DNA of 64,000 nucleotides from Bacillota bacterium. Lineage in GTDB: Bacteria > Bacillota > Clostridia > Christensenellales > Aristaeellaceae. The first letter of the stretch is position 1; every line of letters starts with the position of its first letter. The stretch spans positions 1-64,000 of the forward strand of contig JAEZRP010000006.1 in assembly GCA_023444095.1 (NCBI GenBank). Reading direction: 5' to 3'. Positions 48,811-57,601 of the stretch are shown in pieces. A program made the position numbers and the translations under genes. A model generated the notes under the pieces. That model did not search any database, was not told the origin of the DNA, and saw nothing but the letters and a program-made list of their open reading frames with translations.

Positions 48811-50070
48811 CTATTCGTCGCCGTGCAGCGCGTCGTATGCCTCCCAGCTCGGCCTGTACTGATTGACGTTCGCCTGATGCTCCTCCTGCGTCTTCGCGAA
48901 GGCGAGTTCGCCCGAGTCGGGCTCCTTCGCGCAGAAGTACATGTAGCCGTCCGTAATGAAGCTCATGTCGGGATACAGCGCCGCCAGCATCGCGCTCTCG
49001 GAGGGATTGCAGATCGGGCCCACGGGAAGCGCGTCTACAACGTAGGTGTTATATGCGCTCTGGTACGCGAGCTCCTCGCTCGTGAGTACGAGCCTGTTCT
49101 TGCCGATGGCGTAGTTGACGGTCGCGTCGCTGTCGAGCTTCCAGCCCGCGTTCAGGCGGTTGTAGAACACAGCCGAAACCTTCGCGTATTCTTCCGTCTT
49201 TCCGGCCTCCTTCTCGATCATGGAGGCGAGCGCGATCACCTGATCCATGGTGAGCGTCGACTGGTACTGCTCGACCTCGGTGTAGATGCCCTCGTTGTCC
49301 ACCACATACTGGGTGTGGTCGGCGTAGAACACCTTGTCGATGACGGTGTTGCCCTGTGAGAGAAGCGTCTTCAGGATGCTCTCGGCGTCCGCCGATTTGA
49401 ACACGCGGTAGGTGTCCGGGGCGAGGTAGCCCTCGAGCGCGTACTTGCGGCCCTCGAGCGCGCCCGCATCGTAGGCGGCCGAAAGCGCGTAGGAGTAGTT
49501 TGTGAACCTTTCCGGCTCGTTGCAGAGCCGGAGGAAATCATCCCGCGAGGGAATCGCGCCCTGTGAAACGAGGTAGTCGGCGACATCCTCCACCGTCCAG
49601 CCGGGGACGATTGTGATCGCGCGCTCGTTGGTCTGGTTGCCGGAGGACAGCTCGTCGATGATCTCGAACACGTCCATTCCCTTGGACAGATCGTATGTGC
49701 CGTAGCTGATGGCATTCTGGAGACCCCTGAACGACACGATGTAACGGAACACGCTGCCGTTTTTGAGAAGTTCCGCATCCTCGAGCGCATCGCCGATGGA
49801 GGTGATCGTCTGACCGTTTTTGACCTCGAACGCGACTGTCTCGACGCTGCCCGGCTCGACCGGCCGAAAGAAGTTCTCGTCAAGGCGGCTCCAGACGACG
49901 GTCACGAGTCCCACGACGATCAAGAGGCTGCACAGAAAGATCAGCACGGGCCTCATCACCTTCCAGAGCCACTCGTACCAGAAAAATCCGTACTCGCGCT
50001 CTTCGTGGAGGGTTTTGACATTGTATCTTTCCGGCCTGTACGCGCTCGGGCGCTTTCTCTTCTTCGGCAT
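48811..50070 (-). CDS. mltG: Endolytic murein transglycosylase MltG (YceG-like)
   Basis: An N-terminal TM and a YceG domain (...VTIVPGWTVEDVADYL...). The start is at MPKKRK with a ggagggg RBS. Confidence 0.8.
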   Translation of the reverse strand: MPKKRKRPSAYRPERYNVKTLHEEREYGFFWYEWLWKVMRPVLIFLCSLLIVVGLVTVVWSRLDENFFRPVEPGSVETVAFEVKNGQTITSIGDALEDAELLKNGSVFRYIVSFRGLQNAISYGTYDLSKGMDVFEIIDELSSGNQTNERAITIVPGWTVEDVADYLVSQGAIPSRDDFLRLCNEPERFTNYSYALSAAYDAGALEGRKYALEGYLAPDTYRVFKSADAESILKTLLSQGNTVIDKVFYADHTQYVVDNEGIYTEVEQYQSTLTMDQVIALASMIEKEAGKTEEYAKVSAVFYNRLNAGWKLDSDATVNYAIGKNRLVLTSEELAYQSAYNTYVVDALPVGPICNPSESAMLAALYPDMSFITDGYMYFCAKEPDSGELAFAKTQEEHQANVNQYRPSWEAYDALHGDE

Positions 50071-50086
50071 GCTTCCCCTCCGGGCT

Positions 50087-50434
50087 TCAGCGCGCAAACA
50101 TGTCCGGGCTGATCCCCGCGACATCCGCGAGAATCCGGAACACATCCGCGAGCAATTTCTGATAGTTGAATTCGGCGAGCAGGTAGGCTCCGGCGTCCTG
50201 ATTGAGCTGCAAAAGCGTCGCGATCTGGTTGAGGCGCGTCATGTCGCCGTCCGGAAGGGATTCCCCGGAGGCCATCTTCGCCTGGAGCCTGAACTGCAAC
50301 TTCTTGTACTCGTCCAGAAGCGCGGCGTTGGTCCGATCCGCATAGGCCAACTCCCTGAGCCGCATGTACTCCTTGTAGGCGTCCGATTCCCGGAGGCTTC
50401 GGGCGAGGGCGTGCGCCTCGTCGTATACGTTCAT
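50087..50434 (-). CDS. YlbF/YmcA-family (UPF0342) regulatory protein
   Basis: A 115-aa helical protein with a typical length, in the typical position upstream of rnj. Confidence 0.5.
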   Translation of the reverse strand: MNVYDEAHALARSLRESDAYKEYMRLRELAYADRTNAALLDEYKKLQFRLQAKMASGESLPDGDMTRLNQIATLLQLNQDAGAYLLAEFNYQKLLADVFRILADVAGISPDMFAR

Positions 50435-50435
50435 T

Positions 50436-52124
50436 CTATATCTCCACGATGATCGGCAGGATCATGGGCTTTCTCTTGAGTTTCTCATAGATGTACTTCT
50501 GTACCGCGTCGCGCACGTCGCCCTTGATGTGGCTCCAGTCGGAGTTCTCGATCTGGCCGTAGTGGTCGATCGCCTTCCTGGCGGCCTCACGGGCGCCTTC
50601 GAGCAAGTTGTCCGCCTCGCGCATGTACACGAAGCCGCGGCTGATGATGTCGGGCCCGGTTACGACCTCGCCCAGCTCGTGATCGATTCCCATCACCACG
50701 ATGAGCATGCCGTCCTCTGCGAGCAGCTTCCTGTCGCGCAGCACCACCGCGCCCACGTCGCCGATGCCGAGACCGTCCACCAGCACGGAGCCCGCGGGGA
50801 CCACGCCCGCCGGTGCGATCTCGCGGCCGTCGAGCTCAATCACATCGCCGATTTCCGGGATGATGATGTTCTCTTCCGGCACCCCCATCGACATGGCGAG
50901 CTGCGCGTGATAGTGAAGGTGCCTGTATTCGCCGTGCACGGGGATGAAGAATTTGGGCTTTGTCAGCGCCTGAATGAGCTTCAGCTCCTCGCGGCGCGCG
51001 TGTCCGGAGACGTGCACCTCGGCGAGGGATTCGTAGATCACGTTCGCGCCGATCCTTACCAACTGATTTATGACGCGCGAGACCGACTTTTCGTTCCCCG
51101 GAATGGGGGTCGCAGAGATAATGATCATGTCGCTGGTCCGGATGACGAGCTTTCTGTGCTCCGAAAACGCCATGCGCGAAAGGCCCGACATGGGTTCGCC
51201 CTGGGAGCCTGTGGTGACGATCGTAAGCTTCGAGTCCTCGTAGCGGTCGATGTCGTCCGGGGAGACGAGGTTGCCCTCGGGAATCCTGAGATCGCCCAAC
51301 TGCATCGCGACCCGCGCGACGTTGATCATGCTGCGGCCGATGAGACAGACCTTCCTGCCGTACTTCGTCGCCGCGTCGACCACGAGCTGTATCCTATGTA
51401 TATTGCTCGCGAACATGGCGACGATGATGCGGCCCGACGCCTTCGAAAAAAGGTTCATGAACGTCTCGCCGACGTTGCGTTCGGACATGGTATAGCCGGG
51501 GCGCTCCACGTTGGTGGAGTCCGCCATGAGAAGCGTAACGCCGTTCTTGCCGAGCTCTGCGAAGCGGCCCAGATCGATGGGCGCGCCGTCGATGGGCGTA
51601 TAGTCGACCTTAAAGTCGCCCGTGTGCACGATGACGCCCACGGGGGTGTGGATCGCAAGGGCGCAGGAGCCCGCGATCGAATGGTTGACTTTGATGAACT
51701 CCACCTGAAACACGCCGAGCTTCACCGTATCGCCCGGCTGGACCACATTCAGCTCGACCTTGTCCGCAAGCCTGTGCTCCTTGAGCTTGTTCTCGATGAG
51801 CGCCAGCGCGATGCGCGAGCCGTAGACGGGCTTAGGCAATTCCTTCAGAATGTACGGCGACGCGCCGATGTGGTCCTCGTGGCCGTGCGTGATGACATAG
51901 CCGCGGATCTTGTCGCGGTTTTTTTCCAGGTATGTGGTATCCGGAATCACAAGGTCGACGCCCGGCATGTCTTCGCGCGGAAAAATGGAACCTAAATCCA
52001 CGCAGATGATGTCGTTTCCGTACTCGAAAACCGTGATGTTCTTGCCGATTTCGCCCAGGCCGCCCAGTGGAATGATCCTCAGTCTGGGTCTGCCCTTTTT
52101 GCTGTTATGGTTGCTGCCTGCCAT
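50436..52124 (-). CDS. rnj: Ribonuclease J (beta-CASP metallo-beta-lactamase RNase)
   Basis: HGHEDHIG, a beta-CASP domain and a C-terminal domain. The start is at MAGSNH with a gaaggagg RBS. Confidence 0.9.
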   Translation of the reverse strand: MAGSNHNSKKGRPRLRIIPLGGLGEIGKNITVFEYGNDIICVDLGSIFPREDMPGVDLVIPDTTYLEKNRDKIRGYVITHGHEDHIGASPYILKELPKPVYGSRIALALIENKLKEHRLADKVELNVVQPGDTVKLGVFQVEFIKVNHSIAGSCALAIHTPVGVIVHTGDFKVDYTPIDGAPIDLGRFAELGKNGVTLLMADSTNVERPGYTMSERNVGETFMNLFSKASGRIIVAMFASNIHRIQLVVDAATKYGRKVCLIGRSMINVARVAMQLGDLRIPEGNLVSPDDIDRYEDSKLTIVTTGSQGEPMSGLSRMAFSEHRKLVIRTSDMIIISATPIPGNEKSVSRVINQLVRIGANVIYESLAEVHVSGHARREELKLIQALTKPKFFIPVHGEYRHLHYHAQLAMSMGVPEENIIIPEIGDVIELDGREIAPAGVVPAGSVLVDGLGIGDVGAVVLRDRKLLAEDGMLIVVMGIDHELGEVVTGPDIISRGFVYMREADNLLEGAREAARKAIDHYGQIENSDWSHIKGDVRDAVQKYIYEKLKRKPMILPIIVEI

Positions 52125-52373
52125 TTCATCCTCCTTCGCTGCTCTTACCCCAACGCGCTCCCTTTCCACGAAGTCCCCGCGTCCGCGGCGAACCGAAAGA
52201 CGTCGCGCATCCCGAGCATATTCTCATGTTTTCCGCCGTCCGGGCCTCGCCCGTCCGATCGAGTTGCGCATAGTATACCACATGCGGGTTATGTTTTACA
52301 CCGCGCCGTTTTGATTTTTGAGCAATATTTGCCGAAAATCGTCCTTCGCACAGGCCCGAAAGAGGGCTTCGGC

Positions 52374-52402
52374 GCACGAAAAAGCGGGCGCGACGCGCCC
52401 GC
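52374..52402 (-). terminator. Rho-independent terminator downstream of trxA
   Basis: gcgggcgcgACGcgcgcccgc; on the minus strand it is followed by UUUUUCGU. Confidence 0.7.
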
Positions 52403-52415
52403 TTTCCGATTCAGA

Positions 52416-52739
52416 TTAAAGATTCTTATCGACAAACGCCTTCAGTGTCTGCTGGGGCACCGCCCCGATCAGGCGGTCCTTTTCGACGCCGTCCTTGAAG
52501 ATGACGATGGTAGGGATGGACGAAACGCCCATGGAAATCGCGGCATCGGTCTCGTCGTCAATGTTAAGCTTTCCGACCGCGAGCTTGCCTTCGTACTCCT
52601 CGGCGATCCTGTCGACGACCGGACTCATCATGCGGCACGGGCCGCACCAGCTTGCCCAGAAGTCCACGAGCAGGGTTCCTTGCGCCTGAAGGCTCTCCTT
52701 CGACAAATCCGACGATTTAAGTGTCTTGATCTCCGCCAT
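52416..52739 (-). CDS. trxA: Thioredoxin
   Basis: The WCGPC active site is present. The start is at MAEIKTL with a gcggagga RBS. Confidence 0.85.
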   Translation of the reverse strand: MAEIKTLKSSDLSKESLQAQGTLLVDFWASWCGPCRMMSPVVDRIAEEYEGKLAVGKLNIDDETDAAISMGVSSIPTIVIFKDGVEKDRLIGAVPQQTLKAFVDKNL

Positions 52740-53145
52740 AATTTCCTCCGCTTTCCCGGCACGCGCGCGCCTTGGGCGCGTACTTGCCGCTTGCTTTGAT
52801 ATGTCTGTCATACATTCTGACCGCGAGGAGCCCGAGCGCGAGCGCCCCGATGCCCGCCAGCGCCTGCAGATAGTCCACGTCCGTCAACGCGCGAGCGATA
52901 AAAAGGCCTGCGAAAAACGCGGCGATGGGAACGCCATAGGCGATCAGCGAGGCGCGCGAAAAGCTCGCGTCGTCGAGCTCAAGTTCGACCGGCTGACCTT
53001 CCTCATAGCTGCCCTTGGGAAGTTCCACGTAAACGGTCTCCCGCCTTCCGAATTCGCACGCACGGCAGTTTCCGCACGCTTCCGCGCGCCGGACCTCCGC
53101 CATGAGCCTTCCCTCGCGCCTGACCACAGTCGCCATTTGTTTCAT
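52717..53145 (-). CDS. RseC/MucC-family protein (SoxR-reducing-system-like positive regulator, membrane)
   Basis: An N-terminal Cys cluster (EACGNCRACEFG) and two C-terminal TMs. Its 3' end overlaps the trxA start by ~23 nt. Confidence 0.55.
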   Translation of the reverse strand: MKQMATVVRREGRLMAEVRRAEACGNCRACEFGRRETVYVELPKGSYEEGQPVELELDDASFSRASLIAYGVPIAAFFAGLFIARALTDVDYLQALAGIGALALGLLAVRMYDRHIKASGKYAPKARACRESGGNYGGDQDT

Positions 53146-53196
53146 TTGCCTCACGCTCCGCGTGTATTATAACCGGGCGCGCCTTTTTCTAAACCA

Positions 53197-54288
53197 TCAG
53201 AGCGAGACGGACGGGCACGTCTCGGACGCGAGATCGAGCATCCGGACGGGCCGTTCGGTTTCGCCGCTTCGGAGCATGCCGGTCATCACGTCGAGCGCGT
53301 GGCCGGTCAGCTTCCAGCTCGTAACGAAGTCCCCGTCGCCCAGATCGAACGCCTCCGCCATTTTGGAAAGGCCGAGCGCGCGGCTGTTCTCCTTGTAGGG
53401 AAACATGAGGGGCATTTCGCGCGTCGCGCCGTCCTCGGGAAGGTAGAGCTTCACGGGGCCGCCAAACGTGTTCGGGTCGGGGACCGTGAGCGTGCCCTTT
53501 TCGCCGTAGATCTCGATGCAGGGAAGCGTCGCCTTCAGCGTCTCGAAGGACATGACCATGCTCGCCGTCGCGCCCGATATAAAGCGCAGTGTGCCCGCCA
53601 CGTAGGTCGGCGTATCGACGGAGATCACGAGCCCCTTCTTCTCCTTGCAGCTCGCGACGCGCGTTTCGAACGACTTCTGCGTCATGGCGAACAGGCTCTC
53701 CACCGGGCCGAGCAGGTGGATGAGCGCCGTCGTATAGTACGGCCCCATGTCGAGCATCGGACCCGCGCCGGGCTTGTAGAAGAACTCCGGATCGGGGTGC
53801 CAGGTCTCGACGCCGTGGCTCATCATGAACGCCGTCGCAGCGAGCGGACGACCGATGAAGCCCGCGTCGATGATGCGCTTGCAGGTCTGAATGCCCGCGC
53901 CGAGAAAGGTGTCCGGCGCGCCGCCGAGCATGAGGTTTTTCTCGCGCGCGAGCCTGATCAGCTCGATTCCCTCTTCGATCGTGCCCGCGAGCGGCTTCTC
54001 GGAATAAACGTTCTTTCCCGCAAGGAGCGCGGCCTTTGTGACTTCATAGTGCTGGTAGGCGCGCGTGATGTTGAGGACAATGTCCACGTCCGGATCCGCG
54101 AACGCCTCGTGCATGTCCCGGTAGATCTTCGGGATCTCGGGATACTTCTCCTTGGCCGCGCGCGCCCGTTCCGGGATGAGGTCGCAGACGCCCGCGATCT
54201 CGAGGTTGTCAAACGTGCCGGTGATGTTCTTCAGGTAGATTCCGCTGATGTCGCCCACGCCGATGAACGCGATCCTCGCCATTTCCAT
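53197..54288 (-). CDS. Gfo/Idh/MocA-family NAD(P)-dependent oxidoreductase
   Basis: An N-terminal Rossmann fold (IAFIGVGDISGIYL) and an EKPLA motif. Confidence 0.8.
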   Translation of the reverse strand: MEMARIAFIGVGDISGIYLKNITGTFDNLEIAGVCDLIPERARAAKEKYPEIPKIYRDMHEAFADPDVDIVLNITRAYQHYEVTKAALLAGKNVYSEKPLAGTIEEGIELIRLAREKNLMLGGAPDTFLGAGIQTCKRIIDAGFIGRPLAATAFMMSHGVETWHPDPEFFYKPGAGPMLDMGPYYTTALIHLLGPVESLFAMTQKSFETRVASCKEKKGLVISVDTPTYVAGTLRFISGATASMVMSFETLKATLPCIEIYGEKGTLTVPDPNTFGGPVKLYLPEDGATREMPLMFPYKENSRALGLSKMAEAFDLGDGDFVTSWKLTGHALDVMTGMLRSGETERPVRMLDLASETCPSVSL

Positions 54289-54303
54289 TCCCCTCCGGAA
54301 TTT

Positions 54304-57288
54304 TTATTGATCCGAAATCGACGTCGGGGGATTGCAGTAGCCGCAGTCGCCGAATCCGTGCTCGAGCGCGTACTGGAGCGTCACGGCGGTGCCATTTTTC
54401 ATGCCCGTGTCCTCGCACTTGGACGAGGTATGGTAAAGATACGAGCTCGAATCGCCCGACAGATCGACATAGACCGTGGTGTCTCCCGGCGCGGAGCTCT
54501 CTTCGCCCTCATCGCCGCCCTCGTCTCCCCCGTTGCCCGTTCCTGTGACGCAAATCGGGCAGGGTTTGAGGCCGTAGCCGAGCGCCTCCGCGAGCGTGCC
54601 GGATACGGCGCCGGAGCCGGCGCACGCGGCGTCGTAGTGATACGTCGTCGACCCGGAAACCGCGTACACCTTCTTTGCCGCGGCAGCGGCGCAGTCCGGG
54701 CAGGCGGTCAGACTGTAGTTGAGCGCGGTCTCGAGCGTCACGTACTTCGCGCCCGTCATGCCCCCGCAGTTCGACTTGGTATGGAAGTATTTGCCCGTGG
54801 CCGTCACGTACACCTTCATGCCGGACGTGCCGGAGGTAAACCTGCCGGAATTCGTGGGCGTTTCACCGGTCCCCGTGCCCGTCACACAGTTGGGGCAGGG
54901 CTTGAAGCCGTAGGCGAGCGCCTGGTCGAGCGTACCCTTCGAAGCGGAACTCCCCGCGCAGCTGGACGAATAGTGATAATACTTTCCACCCTTTGTCGCG
55001 TAGACCGTCTTGTCGGCGGAGGCGGCGCAAGCCGGGCAGGCGCTCTTGCCGTAATTGAGCGCCGTCTCCAGCGCAATCTTGGTCGCCGTACCCGTGACGT
55101 TCTTGCACGTCGCCTTTGTGTGGTAATACTTGCCCACAACGGTCGCGTACACGTCGATGCCGGATGTGCCGGACTCGTATGTCTTCGAGGAAGTCGGCGT
55201 GGTGCCGTCGGAAGTCGCGCTCCAGCAGACCGGGCACTTCTTCAGCCCGTGGACGAGCGCCTCGGCGAGCGTTCCCTTGACCGCGTTCGTCATGCCGGAG
55301 CAGGTTGCGGTCTTGTGGTAATAGGCATTGCCTTTCTGCGCGTACACGCTCTCGTTCGCGCTCGCGGCGCACACCGGGCATGCGGTCTTGCCGTCGTCGA
55401 TCGCCTGCTCGAGGAGCACCTTGGTCGCACCCTCGTCGATCTGGGAACAGCCGGTTTTGGTGTGATAATACTTCCCATTTTCAGTGGCGTACACATACAC
55501 GCCGGAGTAGCCGCTGTTGCCGTCGTCCGACGAGCCCGCACCGTCGCCGGTTCCGCCCGTGCCGTCTCCGGTTCCGCCTGTGCCATCGCCACCGCCTGCG
55601 CTCCAGCACTTGGGACAGGCCGTGAAGCCGTATGCCAATGCCTGCGCGAGCGTGGCGTCCTTCGCGTCCGTCATGCCCGAGCATGTCGCATAGGAGTGGT
55701 AATACTTTCCGCCCTCGCTGACGTAGACCTTCCGGGCGGCGGACGTCGCACAGATCGGGCAGGCGGCGCGTCCATCCTTCAGCATGGACAAAAGCGTCAC
55801 CTTTTCCGCCCCGGTCATGCTGGAGCAGGTGGAGTTGGTGTGATAATACTTGCCGCTCGAGGTCGCGTAGACGTAGACCGCGTTGTCAGTCGATTCCTCG
55901 CTGTTCGAGTAGAAATCGTCCTTCACGCACACGGGGCACTTCTTCTTGCCGAGAACGAGCGCCGCCGACAGGGTGATGTTCTTCGCGTTCTTCATGCCCG
56001 AGCAGGTCGGGTCGGTGTGATAGTATGTTCCGGGCTCGGTCGCATAGACCTTCTTGTTCGCACCCGCGGCGCAGGTTGGGCAGCCCGACTTTCCGCTCTG
56101 CAGCGCCGCGAGCAGCGTTACCTTCTTTGCGCCCGACATGCCGGAGCAGTTGCTCTTGGTATGGAAATACGTGCCGTTTGATGTCATGTAGACGTACACG
56201 CCGCTCTTGTCGTTCTTGATGCTCGCGAGATACTTTTCGCTCGCGGACTTTTCGCTGCCCTCGGAACCCTCGGACGAGGATCCGGTCGACGTCCCGCCCG
56301 CGCAAACGGGGCAGGGGGTCTTTCCCTCCGCCTCGGCCTCGGACTTCGTATAGGAAATGGCGTTCTTCATGCCCTGGCAGAACTTGTCGGTGTGGTACCA
56401 CTTGCCGTCCGCCGTGCCGTAATACACCGTGTCGTCGACCGCGCCGATGCAGACCGGGCAGGAGGTCTGATTGCGGTTGCGCGCCGCCGCGACGGTCATC
56501 GCCGTGATGGAAACGCCGGTCTCGATGTTCGAGCAGTTGGGATCGCTGTGGTAGTAGAGTCCGGTCTGCGGGCTGTAAACAAGCGTTTCGTCCGTCCCCA
56601 CGTCCCCCGACGTGGTGTCGCCGAGGTTCGCGAGGGGGGTCGGCGAGGGCGAAACGCCCGGCTCGAGCGTTTCGCTCGCACCGAGCTCACCCGTCGGCGC
56701 TGCGGAGGGCTCCTCTGTGGGCGCAGCGGTCGGCGCAGTCGTCACAAGGGTCATCTGGGGCGGCGTCGAGGTGTCGCTCCAACCGCCGAAAAGATTCGAA
56801 AAGATGAGAATCAGAAGCACGATGAACCAGACCGCGGCCACAGCCGACAGTCCGGCGCGCACCTTCAGGTCGTAGCGGTTCAGCCGCCAGAGCAGATAGA
56901 TGCCCAGCGGCGGAAGGACCGCGAGCAGCGCGAGCACCACCCACGCGTTGTTTTCTATGTATTCCATGACGGGGCCGGCCGACGTACGCGGCTCGCCTTC
57001 GCGATAATAGCCGTCCTCGTCCTCGTAATATCCGTCCTGTGCGCCCTCGGGCTCATATCCCTCGTCAGGCGCGTAATCGTCCGCGCGGTAATCGGAATCG
57101 TCCGCGCGAGTATCGCCGTACGGATCTTCCCCGTAAGGATATCCGGAGGCATCGTACGCCTCGCGCCCCTCGCCCGCCGAATCGTCCTTTCCAAACGCGA
57201 TTCGCTTGATGTCGCCCTCGCCCCAGCGATAGGCGAAGCCGTGCCTGGAAAGATTGAACTTCAGTTTTCCTATTTTATGCGTTGCCAT
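54304..57288 (-). CDS. Membrane protein (~994 aa) with acidic N-terminus, 2 TM helices, Pro/Thr linker and 13 tandem ~40-55-aa His/Cys3 zinc-ribbon-like repeats (YYHx4-5C-x19-24-CPxC)
   Basis: Repeats such as GKYYHTKSNCSGMSGAKKVTLLAALQSGKSGCPTC, GTYYHTDPTCSGMKNAKNITLSAALVLGKKKCPVC and KYYHSYATCSGMTDAKDATLAQALAYGFTACPKC recur 13 times. The positively charged inter-TM loop (RLNRYDLKVR) suggests the repeats face outward. Confidence 0.75.
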   Translation of the reverse strand: MATHKIGKLKFNLSRHGFAYRWGEGDIKRIAFGKDDSAGEGREAYDASGYPYGEDPYGDTRADDSDYRADDYAPDEGYEPEGAQDGYYEDEDGYYREGEPRTSAGPVMEYIENNAWVVLALLAVLPPLGIYLLWRLNRYDLKVRAGLSAVAAVWFIVLLILIFSNLFGGWSDTSTPPQMTLVTTAPTAAPTEEPSAAPTGELGASETLEPGVSPSPTPLANLGDTTSGDVGTDETLVYSPQTGLYYHSDPNCSNIETGVSITAMTVAAARNRNQTSCPVCIGAVDDTVYYGTADGKWYHTDKFCQGMKNAISYTKSEAEAEGKTPCPVCAGGTSTGSSSEGSEGSEKSASEKYLASIKNDKSGVYVYMTSNGTYFHTKSNCSGMSGAKKVTLLAALQSGKSGCPTCAAGANKKVYATEPGTYYHTDPTCSGMKNAKNITLSAALVLGKKKCPVCVKDDFYSNSEESTDNAVYVYATSSGKYYHTNSTCSSMTGAEKVTLLSMLKDGRAACPICATSAARKVYVSEGGKYYHSYATCSGMTDAKDATLAQALAYGFTACPKCWSAGGGDGTGGTGDGTGGTGDGAGSSDDGNSGYSGVYVYATENGKYYHTKTGCSQIDEGATKVLLEQAIDDGKTACPVCAASANESVYAQKGNAYYHKTATCSGMTNAVKGTLAEALVHGLKKCPVCWSATSDGTTPTSSKTYESGTSGIDVYATVVGKYYHTKATCKNVTGTATKIALETALNYGKSACPACAASADKTVYATKGGKYYHYSSSCAGSSASKGTLDQALAYGFKPCPNCVTGTGTGETPTNSGRFTSGTSGMKVYVTATGKYFHTKSNCGGMTGAKYVTLETALNYSLTACPDCAAAAAKKVYAVSGSTTYHYDAACAGSGAVSGTLAEALGYGLKPCPICVTGTGNGGDEGGDEGEESSAPGDTTVYVDLSGDSSSYLYHTSSKCEDTGMKNGTAVTLQYALEHGFGDCGYCNPPTSISDQ
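54330..56590. repeat. Imperfect tandem DNA repeats (~120-170 bp units) encoding the His/Cys3 modules
   Basis: This follows directly from the periodic protein repeats; the units are diverged, not identical. Confidence 0.6.
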
Positions 57289-57524
57289 TCAATTACACCT
57301 CATCGGAGACGCGTCGTACGCTCTTGATCGCCGTCCGGGCATGCGATACACATATTAAGTTTACATCATAAATAGCGCGCAGTCAATCGCCCAATGGCGA
57401 AATAATGTGCCCGAAATGAGAAGAATCGGTCAGTATTGTCACTTTGCCGTCATAATCATTCCCCTGTATACTACTAATCTTTGAACTTTGTTTCAAATGT
57501 TTGAAAAAAGGTTTCATTTCTTCA

Positions 57525-57554
57525 TTGCTTTGGATGGGCGGGATATGATATAAT
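57525..57554 (+). promoter_or_regulatory. Sigma-70 promoter for the capA-like gene (-35 TTGCTT, 18-nt spacer, -10 TATAAT)
   Basis: TTGCTTtggatgggcgggatatgaTATAAT lies ~47 nt upstream of the ATG. Confidence 0.5.
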
Positions 57555-57601
57555 CCCTCTATACATATACGGCTTACGGGGCCTTTTCGGAGGTGCATTC
57601 C

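Noticed and set aside
53299-56181. 960-aa plus-strand ORF
   Set aside because: It is antisense to the MocA oxidoreductase and the His/Cys3 repeat gene, with Arg/Ala/Gly-dominated composition and no domain signatures. It is an artefact of high GC and absence of stop codons.
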